This document shows positions 51,204 through 63,844 of a stretch of 64,000 nucleotides of DNA, piece by piece. Numbering within the stretch: position 1 is the first letter of the stretch; every line of letters begins with the position of its first letter. A program made the translations under genes and the position numbers. Location of the stretch: contig OZ024764.1 of NCBI GenBank assembly GCA_964016885.1, positions 24,366,001-24,430,000 on the forward strand. Reading direction: 5' to 3'. The notes below the pieces were generated by a model. That model did not search any database and was not told where the DNA came from. It saw only the letters and a list, made by a program, of their open reading frames with translations. Source of the DNA: Eledone cirrhosa (lineage: Eukaryota).

Positions 51204-52485
51204 CGAGGGGGGGATCAAAAGGTTTGCGGAATTTTTCAGAAAATATTCTATTTTTCAAAAAATATGATTTACCTTCAATTTATTTTCTACATAGTTGCCA
51301 TCCAGGTCAATACACTTGACAAGGCGATGCTTCCAGCTTCGTAAGCCGTCTCTAAAGAAAGTTGAAGGCCTTGTTCGAAGCCATGTGTTGGCAGTGTTTT
51401 TAGCTTCTTCAACACCACTAAAACGGGGTCCTTTTAGCATTTCTTTGAGTTTTGGAAAGAGGAAAAAGTCTGATGGGGCTAAATCTGGACTATAAGGCGG
51501 GTGAGGAAGCACTTCCCATCAAAATTCTCGAAGAACATCTTTTGCAACCCACACAGAATGCGCTGGTGCATTGTCATGGTGAAACAAGATCCCACCATGA
51601 AGTTTCCCTTTTCGTTTCTTCACTAATGCCTCTTTCAGCTTCCTTAAAACATTTGCATAGTAAGCTCCTGTCACAGTTCTTTGACCTTCAAGATAATCTA
51701 TTAGTATCACCCCATCTGAATCCCAGAAAATGGTGGCCATCACTTTTTGATCCAACTTTTGAGATTTGAACTTGATTGGCCCCGATGATCCACGTGGAAG
51801 CCACTGTTTTGACTGCTGTTTGGATTCAGGATCATACTGGTAGATCCAGGTTTCATCTCCGGTGATGATTCTGGTCAGGAAATGCTCTTCATCAACTTCA
51901 ATTTTGTTTAATATCGTCAAAGACAGATCACTTCAAAGAATCAGCAGATCAGGGCGCAACGCTTTTGGGACCCATCGCGCTGAAAGCTTGCTTAGTCCCA
52001 AATTATTGTGCAGAATTGAAATTGCCGAACCATATGAAATGTCTAGGGACTTAGCTAACTGATTAACTGTTATTCTTCGATCTTCTTCAATTAAAGTCTG
52101 AGCAGCCTCAACGTTTTGGTCATTTTTTTATGTTCCTGGTCTTCCACTGCGATGGTCGTCTTCAAGGTCGTCTCTCCCTTGTTTGAATCGCTGAATCCCC
52201 TTGTAGACAGCAGTTTACTTTGGAGCAGTAGTACCGTAAACTTTAACTAAAGCCTCCATAATCTGTGTCCCTTTCCATTTGAGTTTCACCAGAAACTTGA
52301 TATTCGATCTTATCTCAAAATAACTATTTTCCATTGTTCCAAAAAGAGGTTTTTTAAAGAGTGTCAGTACTGTACAATAGTCTGCACATGACTGACTGCA
52401 AGTGACTGCAAGGTAAACACCCAGTGACAATGTTCTGACATGTTTAATATTGTTTTAACCTAATTTTTTTCTTGATCCCCCCTCG
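51204..52485 (-). mobile_element. Full-length mariner (DD34D) transposon; transposase pseudogene 52334->51255
   Basis: TA-CGAGGGGGGGATCAA ... TTGATCCCCCCTCG-TA termini; WVPK, TGDETW, HHDNAPAH, YSPDLAPSDF motifs in one frame with about 4 premature stops. Confidence 0.93.
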
Positions 52486-52773
52486 TATATATAAGTATGT
52501 ATAAATTTTGTTTCATTTTTTCCATACACATTTTTTGCAAACACAAAACCAACCACGCATATCTTCACTATCTCTAATCCTTCTATAGATTTAGAAAAAT
52601 AACCAATAATATATTCTATAAAAAATGTCAAAACAACAGATGGGAATCTAATTACTCACTGCCACCAAGAATTCTCACTGCTATCGAAAAACCACTCCTT
52701 CAACTATTCTTCTAACAACTTCACCCCTCCCTCCTAATATTCTCTATAAAAACTAAATAGGTCCTCAGTAATA

Positions 52774-52890
52774 TTATTCTGATGAAATGACAGTAAATAA
52801 TAACATTGAAATATTGAATGTCTGCATAACTAAAAGTTTGTAGATAGCTGTTTTAGGTTATGTAACTGTTATAGAAACACGTGTCAATAA
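52774..52890 (+). ncRNA. Hammerhead motif with extended stem II
   Basis: TTATT-CTGATGA-aATGACAGT..ACTGTTATa-GAAA-CACGTG-TC-AATAA; canonical GUC cleavage triplet. Confidence 0.75.
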
Positions 52891-53060
52891 ATTCCTTTCA
52901 ACTAAACTGTATCCATTCAAATCTTTCTATTTTTCTCCGGATTACTTTTGGAACTACAACTGGAACCGTCGAGCAAACTCTACGTGAGCTGATAATCTAC
53001 TGTGTGTAATATTTATATTACAACACAACGGAAAATACTGTATATATATATATATATATA

Positions 53061-53409
53061 TCATCATCATCATCATCATCATTTCATTTTACGTCCGCTT
53101 TTCACTGCTTGCAAGGGTGGGACGGGAACTGATTCTGGCTTGATTTCTACAGCTGGATGCCCTTCCTAACACCAACCTCATGTACAGTGAGTGCTGGGTG
53201 CTTTTATGCCGTGGCACCTCCACGACCACATGCAGTGGAATGATAGGGACCCCAGTCCCTATCATCTCATTTCTACAGCTGAGTAAACTGGAGCAATGTG
53301 AAATAAAGTGTCTTGCTCAAGGAAACAACACATCACCCGGTCTGAGAATTGAACTCACAACCTTTCGATTGCAAGGCCAATGCTCGAACCACTAAGCCAT
53401 GTGCCTCCA
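53061..53409 (-). mobile_element. Full-length tRNA-head/RTE-tail SINE
   Basis: Reverse-complement match to 22912-23222; (CAT)n tail. Confidence 0.9.
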
Positions 53410-53833
53410 TATATATATATATACATATATATATATAATCCTTATCAAGTCCTCTTCGGATTTTAGTCTTCACATTTTTTATTACTATATATATATATAT
53501 ATAGTAGAATAATCGAGTATCGAAAAATCGGCGCACGAGTTCACGATAAACAAAATTCGAGATGAGCGGCAGAGGGCTCTATAATTCAAATAAATCAGAG
53601 CTATAACTATCGTTAAAATACCGTCACACGTAGAATATTTCTACAATCAACCAAATAACCGAAAAGTTCGATATGGAAGATTCGGGACACTCAGATAAAT
53701 TATCAATAAATCAATAAATGAAATGAATATATATATATATATTACTATATATATATATATATATATATATATGCGTTCGGATCTAGCTGTCGAAACGGCT
53801 GGAGCTCAACCATCGGGGTCCTGACTCTTTTCC

Positions 53834-53869
<36 letters not shown>

Positions 53870-54289
53870 TAGTAATAATAATTGTTTCTACTTTAGGCAC
53901 AAGGCCAGCAATTACCCAGTACATTACTGGTACTTTATTTTATTGACCCCGTAAGGATGAAAGGCAAAGTTAACCTCGGCGGGACTTGAACTCAGAATGG
54001 CAAGGGCCGTAACTCTATGCGTCAAAGCATGGTGTCCGACCCTCTACCGATACTGCCAATCCACCGCGGAAATAATAATAATAATAGACGAGGCTAACAA
54101 ACGAAATAATAATAATAATATAGAAAAGAGATAAATTAGAGGTGTGTGTGGTTTACCTATTTCAAGGTATTCATTTATTTCGTTTCAGTTGAGGCCAAGG
54201 TATATTTTATATATTCCCCCCTATCACCCACATCTGTGACATCTGTGACATCTGTGACATCTGTTAATAGAAATACCATAATGACTAAC

Positions 54290-55037
54290 ATAGTTACTGC
54301 TTATCTTGTAGTTGCCCGCATTTAATTAGTTTTTTGGGTTTTTAATGTAATTAAGTAGGAAAGTTATTAATTAAATTTTAAATTATTTAATTTTTTTTTA
54401 TTTTTGTTAATGTAAAAAAAAAATTTTTAAAAATAATTTTAAGAAAAGTAAATAAACATAAATTATAATATTTTTTTGTAATCATCATTACAACTTTGTG
54501 GACCCTAACGACCCCACAAACCGCCGAGGGCTGGCAGTCATACAATCTCCTCCTCCAACATACAGTTGTAAACCATCATTACAACTTTGTGGACCCTAAC
54601 GACCCCACAAACCGCCGAGGGCTGGCAGTCATACAATCTCCTCCTCCAACATACAGTTGTAATCATCATTACAACTTTGTGGACCCTAACGACCCCACAA
54701 ACCGTGTGGAAGGCAGCTGAGGTCTTTGTAAAGTGAAGTTCCCTGCCATGAGAGGAACTTTAGTCCTCTCAACCTCAGAAGTTCTGCTGTTCAACATCTC
54801 CACCAATATTCTACAGACCCGACAGTATGATGTAGAAGAGACACTTTTCAATATTAGAATTTATGATTAAAAAAAAAAAATTTTTACAAAACTCAAAGAA
54901 AAAACATTTAACAAAAATTAAAAAAAATTAAATTATTTAAAATTTAATTAATAATAACTTTCTTACTTAATTACATAAAAAAAAATAATTTAAAAAATAA
55001 TAATTTAATGCAGACAACTACAAGATAACCAGTATTA
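54290..55037 (+). mobile_element. Merlin/ISXO2 transposase C-terminal fragment between AT-rich inverted arms
   Basis: GWQSYNLL..HTVVNHHYNFVDP..TNRVEGS*GLCK resembles the ISXO2 SDxWxxY..HxxVNHS..FVDP..TNxIExxW motif; about 90-bp internal tandem duplication; arms 54290-54415 and 54905-55037. Confidence 0.65.
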
Positions 55038-55639
55038 TAAATATAAACCAGTTTGCCTTCCATCCTTACGGGGTCGATAAAATAAAGTACCAGTAATGTA
55101 CTGGGTAATTGCTGGCCTTGTGCCAAAAGTAGAAACAATTATAAATATAAACACGATAAAGAGGTATTAAACATGTTTTAGGGTTAGAATTTGATACAAT
55201 ATAAGTAAGTTTGGTCCACCAAAGAACACCCCTCTATTTCAGTGGGAAAACCATTTCTCTCGTGTCGTGTCAACTAATTTAACCTCCAAGATGTTGGCAT
55301 TCGGCTTTTTTTTCATCTGGTAGAAAAGATAAGTCGATTGCGAGTATTTTAGAGGCCAGGTTAGTTGATACCACACGGGGAAAAGAAAAAATTTGGAGGG
55401 AAAAGTCTGGGGAGACACCAATCCCACCCTTTTCGTGAGGAAAAAAGTCAATTGCAGGTATTTTACAGGTGAAATGAATTGATAGTAGACGGGGAAAACC
55501 TAGGAATAAGTCTTATCCACTGAAATAGAAGGTCTTCTGTAATAATACGCTCGTGTATTTTCATTATAAAGCAGGTGTAGGACACTACACTCAATGTAAA
55601 GACAGGGCTTGAATGGACCGAAGGAGAAGGTGAGGTTAA

Positions 55640-56550
55640 CCCTTTAACATTTACATTACTCTATATATACTATTGTATTGTCACAGTAAAGGCTTTACCT
55701 CACATAATATCTCACATAACATTTACATTACTCTATATATACTATTGTATTGTCACAGTAAAGGCTTTACCTCACATAATATCTCACATAACATTTACAT
55801 TACTCTATATATACTATTGTATTGTCACAGTAAAGGCTTTACCTCACATAATACCTCACATAACATTTACATTACTCTATATATACTATTGTATTTTCAC
55901 AGTAAAGGCTTTACCTCACATAATATCTCACATAACATTTACATTACTCTATATATACTATTGTATTGTCACAGTAAAGGCTTTACCTCACATAATACCT
56001 CACATAACATTTACATTACTCTATATATACTATTGTATTTTCACAGTAAAGGCTTTACCTCACATAATATCTCACATAACATTTACATTACTCTATATAT
56101 ACTATTGTATTTTCACAGTAAAGGCTTTACCTCACATAATATCTCACATAACATTTACATTACTCTATATATACTATTGTATTGTCACAGTAAAGTCTTT
56201 ACCTCACATAACATTTACATTACTCTATATATACTATTGTATTGTCACAGTAAAGGCTTTACCTCACATAATACCTCACATAACATTTACATTACTCTAT
56301 ATATACTATTGTATTTTCACAGTAAAGGCTTTACCTCACATAATATCTCACATAACATTTACATTACTCTATATATACTATTGTATTTTCATGGTAAAGG
56401 CTTTATCTTACATAATATCGAATGTATGAAATTTTGATATTGTTTAAGTTCAATACCTTAACATCAGTATGAGTGGCCAGTTACAGCTGGTTTGAACAGA
56501 AATAGGTGAGAGAAGTCTGGCCAGATGCAGCAGGTTTAAATGCTAAAGGT
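55640..56550. mobile_element. piggyBac-type MITE with an internal 72-bp array (about 10 copies)
   Basis: TTAA-CCCTTTAACATTTA ... TAAATGCTAAAGGT-TTAA; same unit as 43755-46625; body matches 43442-43568. Confidence 0.75.
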
Positions 56551-57190
56551 TTAATAGGAATCTGAGGTGGTGTACAAGAGAGAAGACTGTTGGTAAGGAT
56601 ATGTGATACACATGGATGATGATCGCTGGGTGAAGAAGTGATAATGCCAGGTATAAAGCTGTAGTAAAGGTAATTGCTCCCATACAGCTCTGAGTTTTCA
56701 TCCCAAAAGTCAGCTCAAAAGTGACACAGAGGAGACTGATGTTAGCTGGACATGCTCACCGACATCCAGAGTTGACACTGCACTCAGTGCTCCTGTGGGA
56801 GCCCCTACATGGACACACTGGAAGAGGAAAACCAATGTTAACGTATGTTGATGCCCTAAGGACAGACACTGGTCTGTTGGAGACGCAGGACATGGCAGCG
56901 ATAATGAGGGACAGAGACCGCTGGAGAGAACTCGTCCATGGATCTCGGGAATTTTACCCGCCCTAGAAAGGTAATTGAAGGAAGACCTGGGCAGAGGTTG
57001 TTGGAACTGATCTCAAATTGCTGTGACTGGTAGAGGAGATGACAAAGGAACACGATGGGTGGAGACATTCTGTGCTAACCCACGTAAGTGTGGAAAAACG
57101 CACGTAAAAACATTGATGGTGTTGTAGTGCACCTGAGCACTGTAAACTATTTCATTATTTTATTATCTTAATATACAGTAATATCTAACA

Positions 57191-57660
57191 CTAGCAGTGT
57201 ATCCCGGCCTTGCACGGGTAAGAACATTGGTAATAGCACCTCCAATGAGAAACGTTTATTTGTGAGTGCCTCTTAAAAACTCATGAAAATAAAGCGACAG
57301 GAAACTTGTTTTATTTGGAGAAAATTAAGAAGTTGAAAGCACAGTTTAGCTGTCTACATGCATTGTTCATAGAAATATTGTTCAGCCCCTTCTTTTCATA
57401 CTCCTCTGTTTTGTCCTTTTGGAGTAAATGTGAAAGAGAAAGTCACAGGTTAAGTTGGTAGAAGGTTCCAGTGTCAGGAGTAAGGCGTAGGCTACTTACC
57501 TCAAAAGTTCATTCGCACTCTTTCCACTAAGTTACTCTTTCTCTCTATCCCTCTCGGTGCAGTCCCTTGCGAATTTCTCGAGTAGGCCTGGTGTAGATTT
57601 GCGCCCGATCCATCTGCCCGATGCATATGCCCGCTTTGTACGGCTTTTGGAGGTGATATA
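57191..57660. mobile_element. Possible Helitron/Helentron-derived fragment
   Basis: ctagcagtgtatcccggccttgcacggg terminal hairpin-like motif; the other end is unclear. Confidence 0.35.
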
Positions 57661-58394
57661 GTTGTGAGGTGTCTTAATCATCACCACCACCACCATCATC
57701 ATCGTTTAATGTCTATATTCCACGCTAGCATGGGTTAGACGGGAATTGTTCCACTTGAGGCAAGATTGATCGGGTGACCGTGTATGTATGTATGTGTGTG
57801 TATGTTCGTATGTATGTATATGTATACACCCACACCTTTCATCACAATTGCTTCTTTTTGTTATCATTTCTGTTGAAGTTGTTCTTGTAACTGTTGTCAA
57901 AGTTGACATCCTTATGTTCATATTCTTTGGTTGCTTTGGTTTTTCTTTTATCTCCCTAGGGAATTCGTTGACAAGCTTCTTTTATTTATTTTCTTCATTT
58001 TCTTCATTTTCTTCATTTAAATGCATTCACACTGGCTGTCTAAGAGACGTACAAAATATGACTTATAAAACTTACCAAACTAAAGAGCCTTCCAGCGCCC
58101 CTCTAGCGCCCCCCAAAGTTTCAAACGCCCTCCCCCCTCTAACGACGCCGTTGAGAACCTTTATTTTAGAGGGTAACACCAACATTCTCTGTTATAGTAA
58201 TTCAAGGAGTAGTTTTACCTGTTTTCCTTTTTCTTTTTGACCCCCCCCCCCCTTTTTTTTTATTGATTTCACTGTTTTGTAAATAATTTATTAATTTTTC
58301 ATAATTACTTTTATTTCATTCTATTTGTTGTTAATAAAAGAATTATATTCAAGGAATTTATCAAGTCTGTAACTTCAACTTTTTGTTATTTTGC

Positions 58395-59037
58395 CATCTA
58401 AATCTCTGTTATTAACACCATATGTAATGATATCATCTTGTTAGTAGTTTTAATACATCTAACACCCATCTAAATCTCTGTTATTAACACCATATGTAAT
58501 GATATCATCTTGTTAGTAGTTTTAATACATCTAACACCCATCTAAATCTCTGTTATTAACACCATATGTAATGATATCATCTTGTTAGTAGTTTTAATAC
58601 ATCTAACACCCATCTAAATCTCTGTTATTAACACCATATGTAATGATATCATCTTGTTAGTAGTTTTAATACATCTAACACCCATCTAAATCTCTGTTAT
58701 TAACACCATATGTAATGAAATCATCTTGTTAGTAGTTTTAATACATCTAACACCTATCTAAATCTCTGTTATTAACACCATATGTAATGATATCATCTTG
58801 TTAGTAGTTTTAATACATCTAACACCCATCTAAATCTCTGTTATTAACACCATATGTAATGATATCATCTTGTTAGTAGTTTTAATACATCTAACACCCA
58901 TCTAAATCTCTGTTATTAACACCATATGTAATGATATCATCTTGTTAGTAGTTTTAATACATCTAACACCCATCTAAATCTCTGTTATTAACACCATATG
59001 TAATGATATCTTGTAAGTAGTTTTAATACATCTAACA
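58395..59037. repeat. 72-bp tandem repeat, about 9 copies (unrelated unit)
   Basis: catctaaatctctgttattaacacc recurs every 72 bp. Confidence 0.93.
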
Positions 59038-59260
59038 CAAACACTTCAATATTGTTTAAAATCATTGAAATTCTATCATTCTTTGTATATTTTACAACTG
59101 AAATTTAGAAATTTGACAATATCCTGGTTATAGGGCCACTAACTTTGGTGGTATCATTGTTTCCCTAAAGTAACAAGATAAATTAAAACTTAGATCACAA
59201 ACTGTTGAAGTATTAGTTGTTTGTTGTTGAACTTGTAGTAATGGAGATTACTGGCATTCT

Positions 59261-60010
59261 TGGTCCCTATACCACCTCCCTGCTAACTGTTATCAGGGTG
59301 GAGTTAGCCACCCACAGGAGTGTCATGTTAAACTATAGTGGTGGAGTCAATTGTCAGACTTGGTCCCTATACCACCTCCCTACTAACTGTTATCAGGGTG
59401 GAGTTAGCCACACACAGGAGTGTCATGTTAAACTATAGTGGTGGAGTCAATTGTCAGACTTGGTCCCTATACCACCTCCCTACTAACTGTTATCAGGGTG
59501 GAGTTAGCCACCCACAGGAGTGTCATGTTAAACTATAGTGGTGGAGTCAATTGTCAGACTTGGTCCCTATACCACCTCCCTACTAACTGTTATCAGGGTG
59601 GAGTTAGCCACACACAGGAGTGTCATGTTAAACTATAGTGGTGGAGTCAATTGTCAGACTTGGTCCCTATACCACCTCCTTGCTAACTGTTATCAGGGTG
59701 GAGTTAGCCACCCACAGGAGTGTCATGTTAAACTATAGTGGTGGAGTCAATTGTCAGACTTGGTCCCTATACCACCTCCCTACTAACTGTTATCAGGGTG
59801 GAGTTAGCCACACACAGGAGTGTCTTGTTAAACTATAGTGGTGGAGACAATTGTCAGACTTGGTCCCTATACCACCTCCCTACTAACTGTTATCACGGTG
59901 GAGTTAGCCACCCACAGGAGTGTCATGTTAAACTATAGTGGTGGAGTCAATTGTCAGACTTGGTCCCTATACCACCTCCCTACTAACTGCTATCAGGTTG
60001 GAATTGGCCA
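59261..60010. repeat. 100-bp tandem repeat, about 7.5 copies
   Basis: tggtccctataccacctccc at 59261, 59361 ... 59961; alternating cccacag/cacacag variants. Confidence 0.95.
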
Positions 60011-60019
60011 CACACACTG

Positions 60020-61052
60020 TGATCAAGTCAAACTCAACAGTGACCTCTCAGAACCCTTCCCAAACATCAACTGAGTGAAGAAGGGTTGTGTAGGGTCACC
60101 AACTCTCTTCAGCATGATATTCAAGCAGGCCACAGAAGATCTTGCCGGCAGCCTGTTTAATCTTCCTCAACTACAGGCACTCATGAAAGTCCCTGGAGCA
60201 ACAGATCTGAGACCTCTTCTTTGCAGACGATGCTGCTTTTGTTGGCCTCACAGAAAGAGCCTTGCAACACATCACTTCCTGCTTCACAGAAGCTGCCCAG
60301 CTCTTTGGGATGTCAGCTGAAAGAAGATAGATGTACTCCACCAGCCTACACTTCCGGAAGAGTACCTCCCTCCATATACCGATTGGTGAGACTGAACTGA
60401 AAAATGGTCCATCTGTTAACCAGCCTGGGGTGCACCATCACGTCACATCTCAAGATCGACAGGTAACAGACTGGCAAAGGTGAGCAGTGCATTTGGCAGA
60501 CTGTACAAACCTGTGTAGAATAGTAAACACCTGAAGAAGGGTACCAAGATCAGAGTATACAGAACCATAGTCCTTCCCACCTTCCTATATGGCTTAGAGT
60601 TGTGGGTCACTTAACATCACCACCTTTATCTCCTTGAGTGCAACACCAAGCTGGGCAGGGTACATCTCCTGGATGAAGGATCTGCCGAGGATCATGGTCT
60701 ACGGTGAACTCTCCACTGGTCGTTGTGACGGGGGGCCACTAAGGAAGCAATACAAGGACTGTTTGAACAAATTCCTTGTCACATCGACCATCACTGGTGG
60801 TCCACCCTAGCTGAGACATGGGACGCCTCGTGTCTCACCAACAACCAAGCTGTCTGCTCTTTGAAAAACACCCACAGGGCCACCCTCGAAGACAAGAGTC
60901 TTAGGAGGAAGAACCACAAGTAATCAAACCCTTCTCCAGACCTTCATCTGTGGCTGTGCCATGCCTGTCCTACATAGGCCTGACCAGCCACAAGCAGGCC
61001 TGCAAGCAACGTAGAACAACTCCTTAACCTTTGTTCTCGAAGCCAAGCCATG
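60020..61052 (+). mobile_element. Old RTE/BovB-like LINE fragment
   Basis: QVKLNSDLSEPF..VKKGCV..PTLFS..GSLFNL..LQA; lfADDAA-like; cgaagccaagcc 3' end. Confidence 0.75.
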
Positions 61053-61249
61053 ATAAATTTTATTGAGTTACAGATGGAGATATAAATATATATACAAACA
61101 AACAACGGATTAACACTATCAGGGGAGACAACCTCACCATGGCATAATTCAAGTCCCAGATTAGTATGATCGAGTCGGCATATATTTAAATATTGGAAGT
61201 TGTTTTAGCTGTACCCATCTAGTGATGTCCAGCAGAAGCAAGGGGGACA

Positions 61250-61293
61250 ACCGTCTATCTATTTCAGGCTTAAGTGGCCTTCGTCAGGACGGT
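61250..61293 (-). ncRNA. Compact 44-nt minimal hammerhead motif
   Basis: ACCGTC-CTGACGA-AGGC-cacttaa-GCCT-GAAA-TAGA-TA-GACGGT; 6-bp stem I, 4-bp stem II. Confidence 0.8.
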
Positions 61294-61375
61294 CCCTCCC
61301 ACGGCTTGCGTATCTTTGGAGATACGAAATATTTATACATATTGTATAAAGCTATGCTTGAAGCGAAATCCTATT

Positions 61376-61466
<91 letters not shown>

Positions 61467-62173
61467 ACTAAACCGCAGAATATGGCTTTGTTGTTGTAAG
61501 ACAGTAGAGAGTGATATTTGGCTGCTATTTCTACCAGGTCAAGTAACCAGGTAAGAGACTCCCTCCTTGATACGTAATAAATATTTCACTGAGTGATGCT
61601 GCTTGTTTTACCGAGGGTTGGATACAATTGATATAACTGAAGGTCTTTCTGAAGGTATTAAATTATGTCAGGGACTTTTAACGCATGACACCGGTGTTAT
61701 TCAGGAGAGTGAAATATTGTCAACAATACCACGTACCTACTATCTTAATTATAACTTTAATTAATCTAATTATCTGATGTTAAGGTGAAAGTTGATATTT
61801 TGTAGATAACATAGAGTGAGCTCCATGTTCCAGGGTAGGTGTTCCATCTCCTACATGATTAAATATTTCATTTCATCGTGAATTGGTTGTTCCACATTTT
61901 ACAGGACTGAGAGAAATAGGTTTAAATCACCAACATCTGAACAATTAGCTTTCCTGGTCTTTCTTGACTTTACACTTGGACTTGAAATATAAATTACGTA
62001 TTATTTGTATTGTTAACACAGCAGATATTGTGTACTTTTCTACACTCAGTGGAGAACAATCCTCATTTATTAAGACACAAACACACACTCCCTCTCTTAC
62101 ACTTTCTTATACCGACATCAGTCTTACACAGTCATATATCTTCAGAACTTCGAAGAATTCTCCAAGAATTACT

Positions 62174-63844
62174 ATGGAGGACGTTAAACACTTGGACATT
62201 TCTACCACACCTGTTTCTACCAATATAGTTAGAGTTACAGAGACATACAGTGGTGAGAAAACTTTACCTAGTGAAACATGTAATGAACAAGGATCATTAT
62301 ACAGAAATATTCCTGAATATAGCTGTGAGATTTGTAGGAAAACTTTCTCATCAGAAGATGGATTATCTACACACAAACACATACATATTAAAGACAGACC
62401 CTATCACTGTGAAATATGTGGGGAATCTTTTAGTAGAAGTTGTCACTTGACTAACCACAAAAGAACACACACTGGAGAAAAACCTTTCAAATGTGAAACA
62501 TGTGAGAAATCTTTCAGTGTGAATTCCAATTTAATTAGGCATTTACGTAGTCACAGTGGGGAAAAACCATTTCACTGTGAAATATGTGGGAAATTTTTTA
62601 GTAGGAGTGGTGACTTGACTAACCACAAAAGAACACACACAGGAGATAAACCTTTTCATTGTGAAATATGTGGGAAATCTTTCAGTCTGAATTCCAATTT
62701 AATTAAGCATTTACGTAATCACAGTGGGGAAAAACCATTTCACTGTGAAATATGTGGGAAATCTTTTGCTAAGAAAGCTAATCTTGTTAGTCATATACGT
62801 AGTCACACCGGAGAGAAACCTTTTCACTGTGAAATATGTGGGAAATATTTTGCTGATAATGATATACTTATAGTTCACAGAAGAACACACACAGGAGAGA
62901 AACTCCATCACTGTGAAACATGTGGGAAATATTTTGTAGCAAGCAGTCATTTAACTGCACACAAAAGAACACACACTGGAGAGAAACCCTATCACTGTGA
63001 AATATGTGGGAAATATTTTCGCTGGAGTAATGTCTTGACTACACACAAAAGAACACACACTGGAGAGAGACCCTATCACTGTGAAACATGTGGGGAATCT
63101 TTTCGCTGGAGTAATGTCTTGACTACACATAAAAGAACACACACTGGGGAGAGACCCTATCACTGTGAAACATGTGGGAAATATTTTGTAACAAGCCGTT
63201 CTTTAACTGTACACAAAGTAACACATAGTGGAGAGAAACCCTATCATTGTGAAATATGTGGGGAATCTTTTCGCTGGAGTAATGTCTTAACTACACACAA
63301 AAGAACACACACTGGAGAGAGACCCTATCACTGTGAAACATGTGGGAAAGCCTTTATACAGAGCCGTTCTTTAACTATACACAAAAGAGCACACACTGGA
63401 GAGAGACCCCATCACTGTGAAACATGTGGGAAATATTTTGTAGCAAGCGGTCATTTAACTGAACATAGAAGAACACACACTGGAGAGAGACCCTATCATT
63501 GTGAAATATGTGGGAAATCTTTTCGCTGGAGTAATGTCTTGACTACACACAAAAGAACACATACTGGAGAGAGACCCTATCATTGTGAAATATGTGGGAA
63601 AGCGTTTTTACAGAGCGGTTCTTTAACTATACACAAAAGAACACACACTGGAGAGAAACCCTATAACTGTGAAATATGTGGGAAATCTTTTACAAATTCG
63701 TCTAAACTCATTGTCCACAAACGTACTCACACTGGAGAAAAGCCTTTCCACTGTGAAATATGTGAGAAATCTTTCATTAGTAGCAGTGGTTATAATAAAC
63801 ACAAAAGAACACACCCTGGAGAGAGACCCTATTCCCTGTTGTAG
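62174..63844 (+). CDS. Tandem C2H2 zinc-finger protein, 18 fingers (ZF-3)
   Basis: [18 protein letters not shown](K/R)PY repeats; first in-frame ATG at 62174 (the track start 61964 is TTG); candidate acceptor cattttacag ending at 61903. Confidence 0.92.
   Translation: MEDVKHLDISTTPVSTNIVRVTETYSGEKTLPSETCNEQGSLYRNIPEYSCEICRKTFSSEDGLSTHKHIHIKDRPYHCEICGESFSRSCHLTNHKRTHTGEKPFKCETCEKSFSVNSNLIRHLRSHSGEKPFHCEICGKFFSRSGDLTNHKRTHTGDKPFHCEICGKSFSLNSNLIKHLRNHSGEKPFHCEICGKSFAKKANLVSHIRSHTGEKPFHCEICGKYFADNDILIVHRRTHTGEKLHHCETCGKYFVASSHLTAHKRTHTGEKPYHCEICGKYFRWSNVLTTHKRTHTGERPYHCETCGESFRWSNVLTTHKRTHTGERPYHCETCGKYFVTSRSLTVHKVTHSGEKPYHCEICGESFRWSNVLTTHKRTHTGERPYHCETCGKAFIQSRSLTIHKRAHTGERPHHCETCGKYFVASGHLTEHRRTHTGERPYHCEICGKSFRWSNVLTTHKRTHTGERPYHCEICGKAFLQSGSLTIHKRTHTGEKPYNCEICGKSFTNSSKLIVHKRTHTGEKPFHCEICEKSFISSSGYNKHKRTHPGERPYSLL

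Noticed and set aside
58092-58114. CTCF-like GC motif upstream of ZF-3
   Set aside because: Imperfect spacing; a single match cannot be supported without a PWM scan or ChIP
16830-60010. Tandem arrays as CRISPR arrays
   Set aside because: No unique spacers, no cas genes, eukaryotic context
61964-62173. 70-aa N-terminal extension of ZF-3
   Set aside because: TTG start; more likely 5' UTR, although upstream coding exons cannot be excluded
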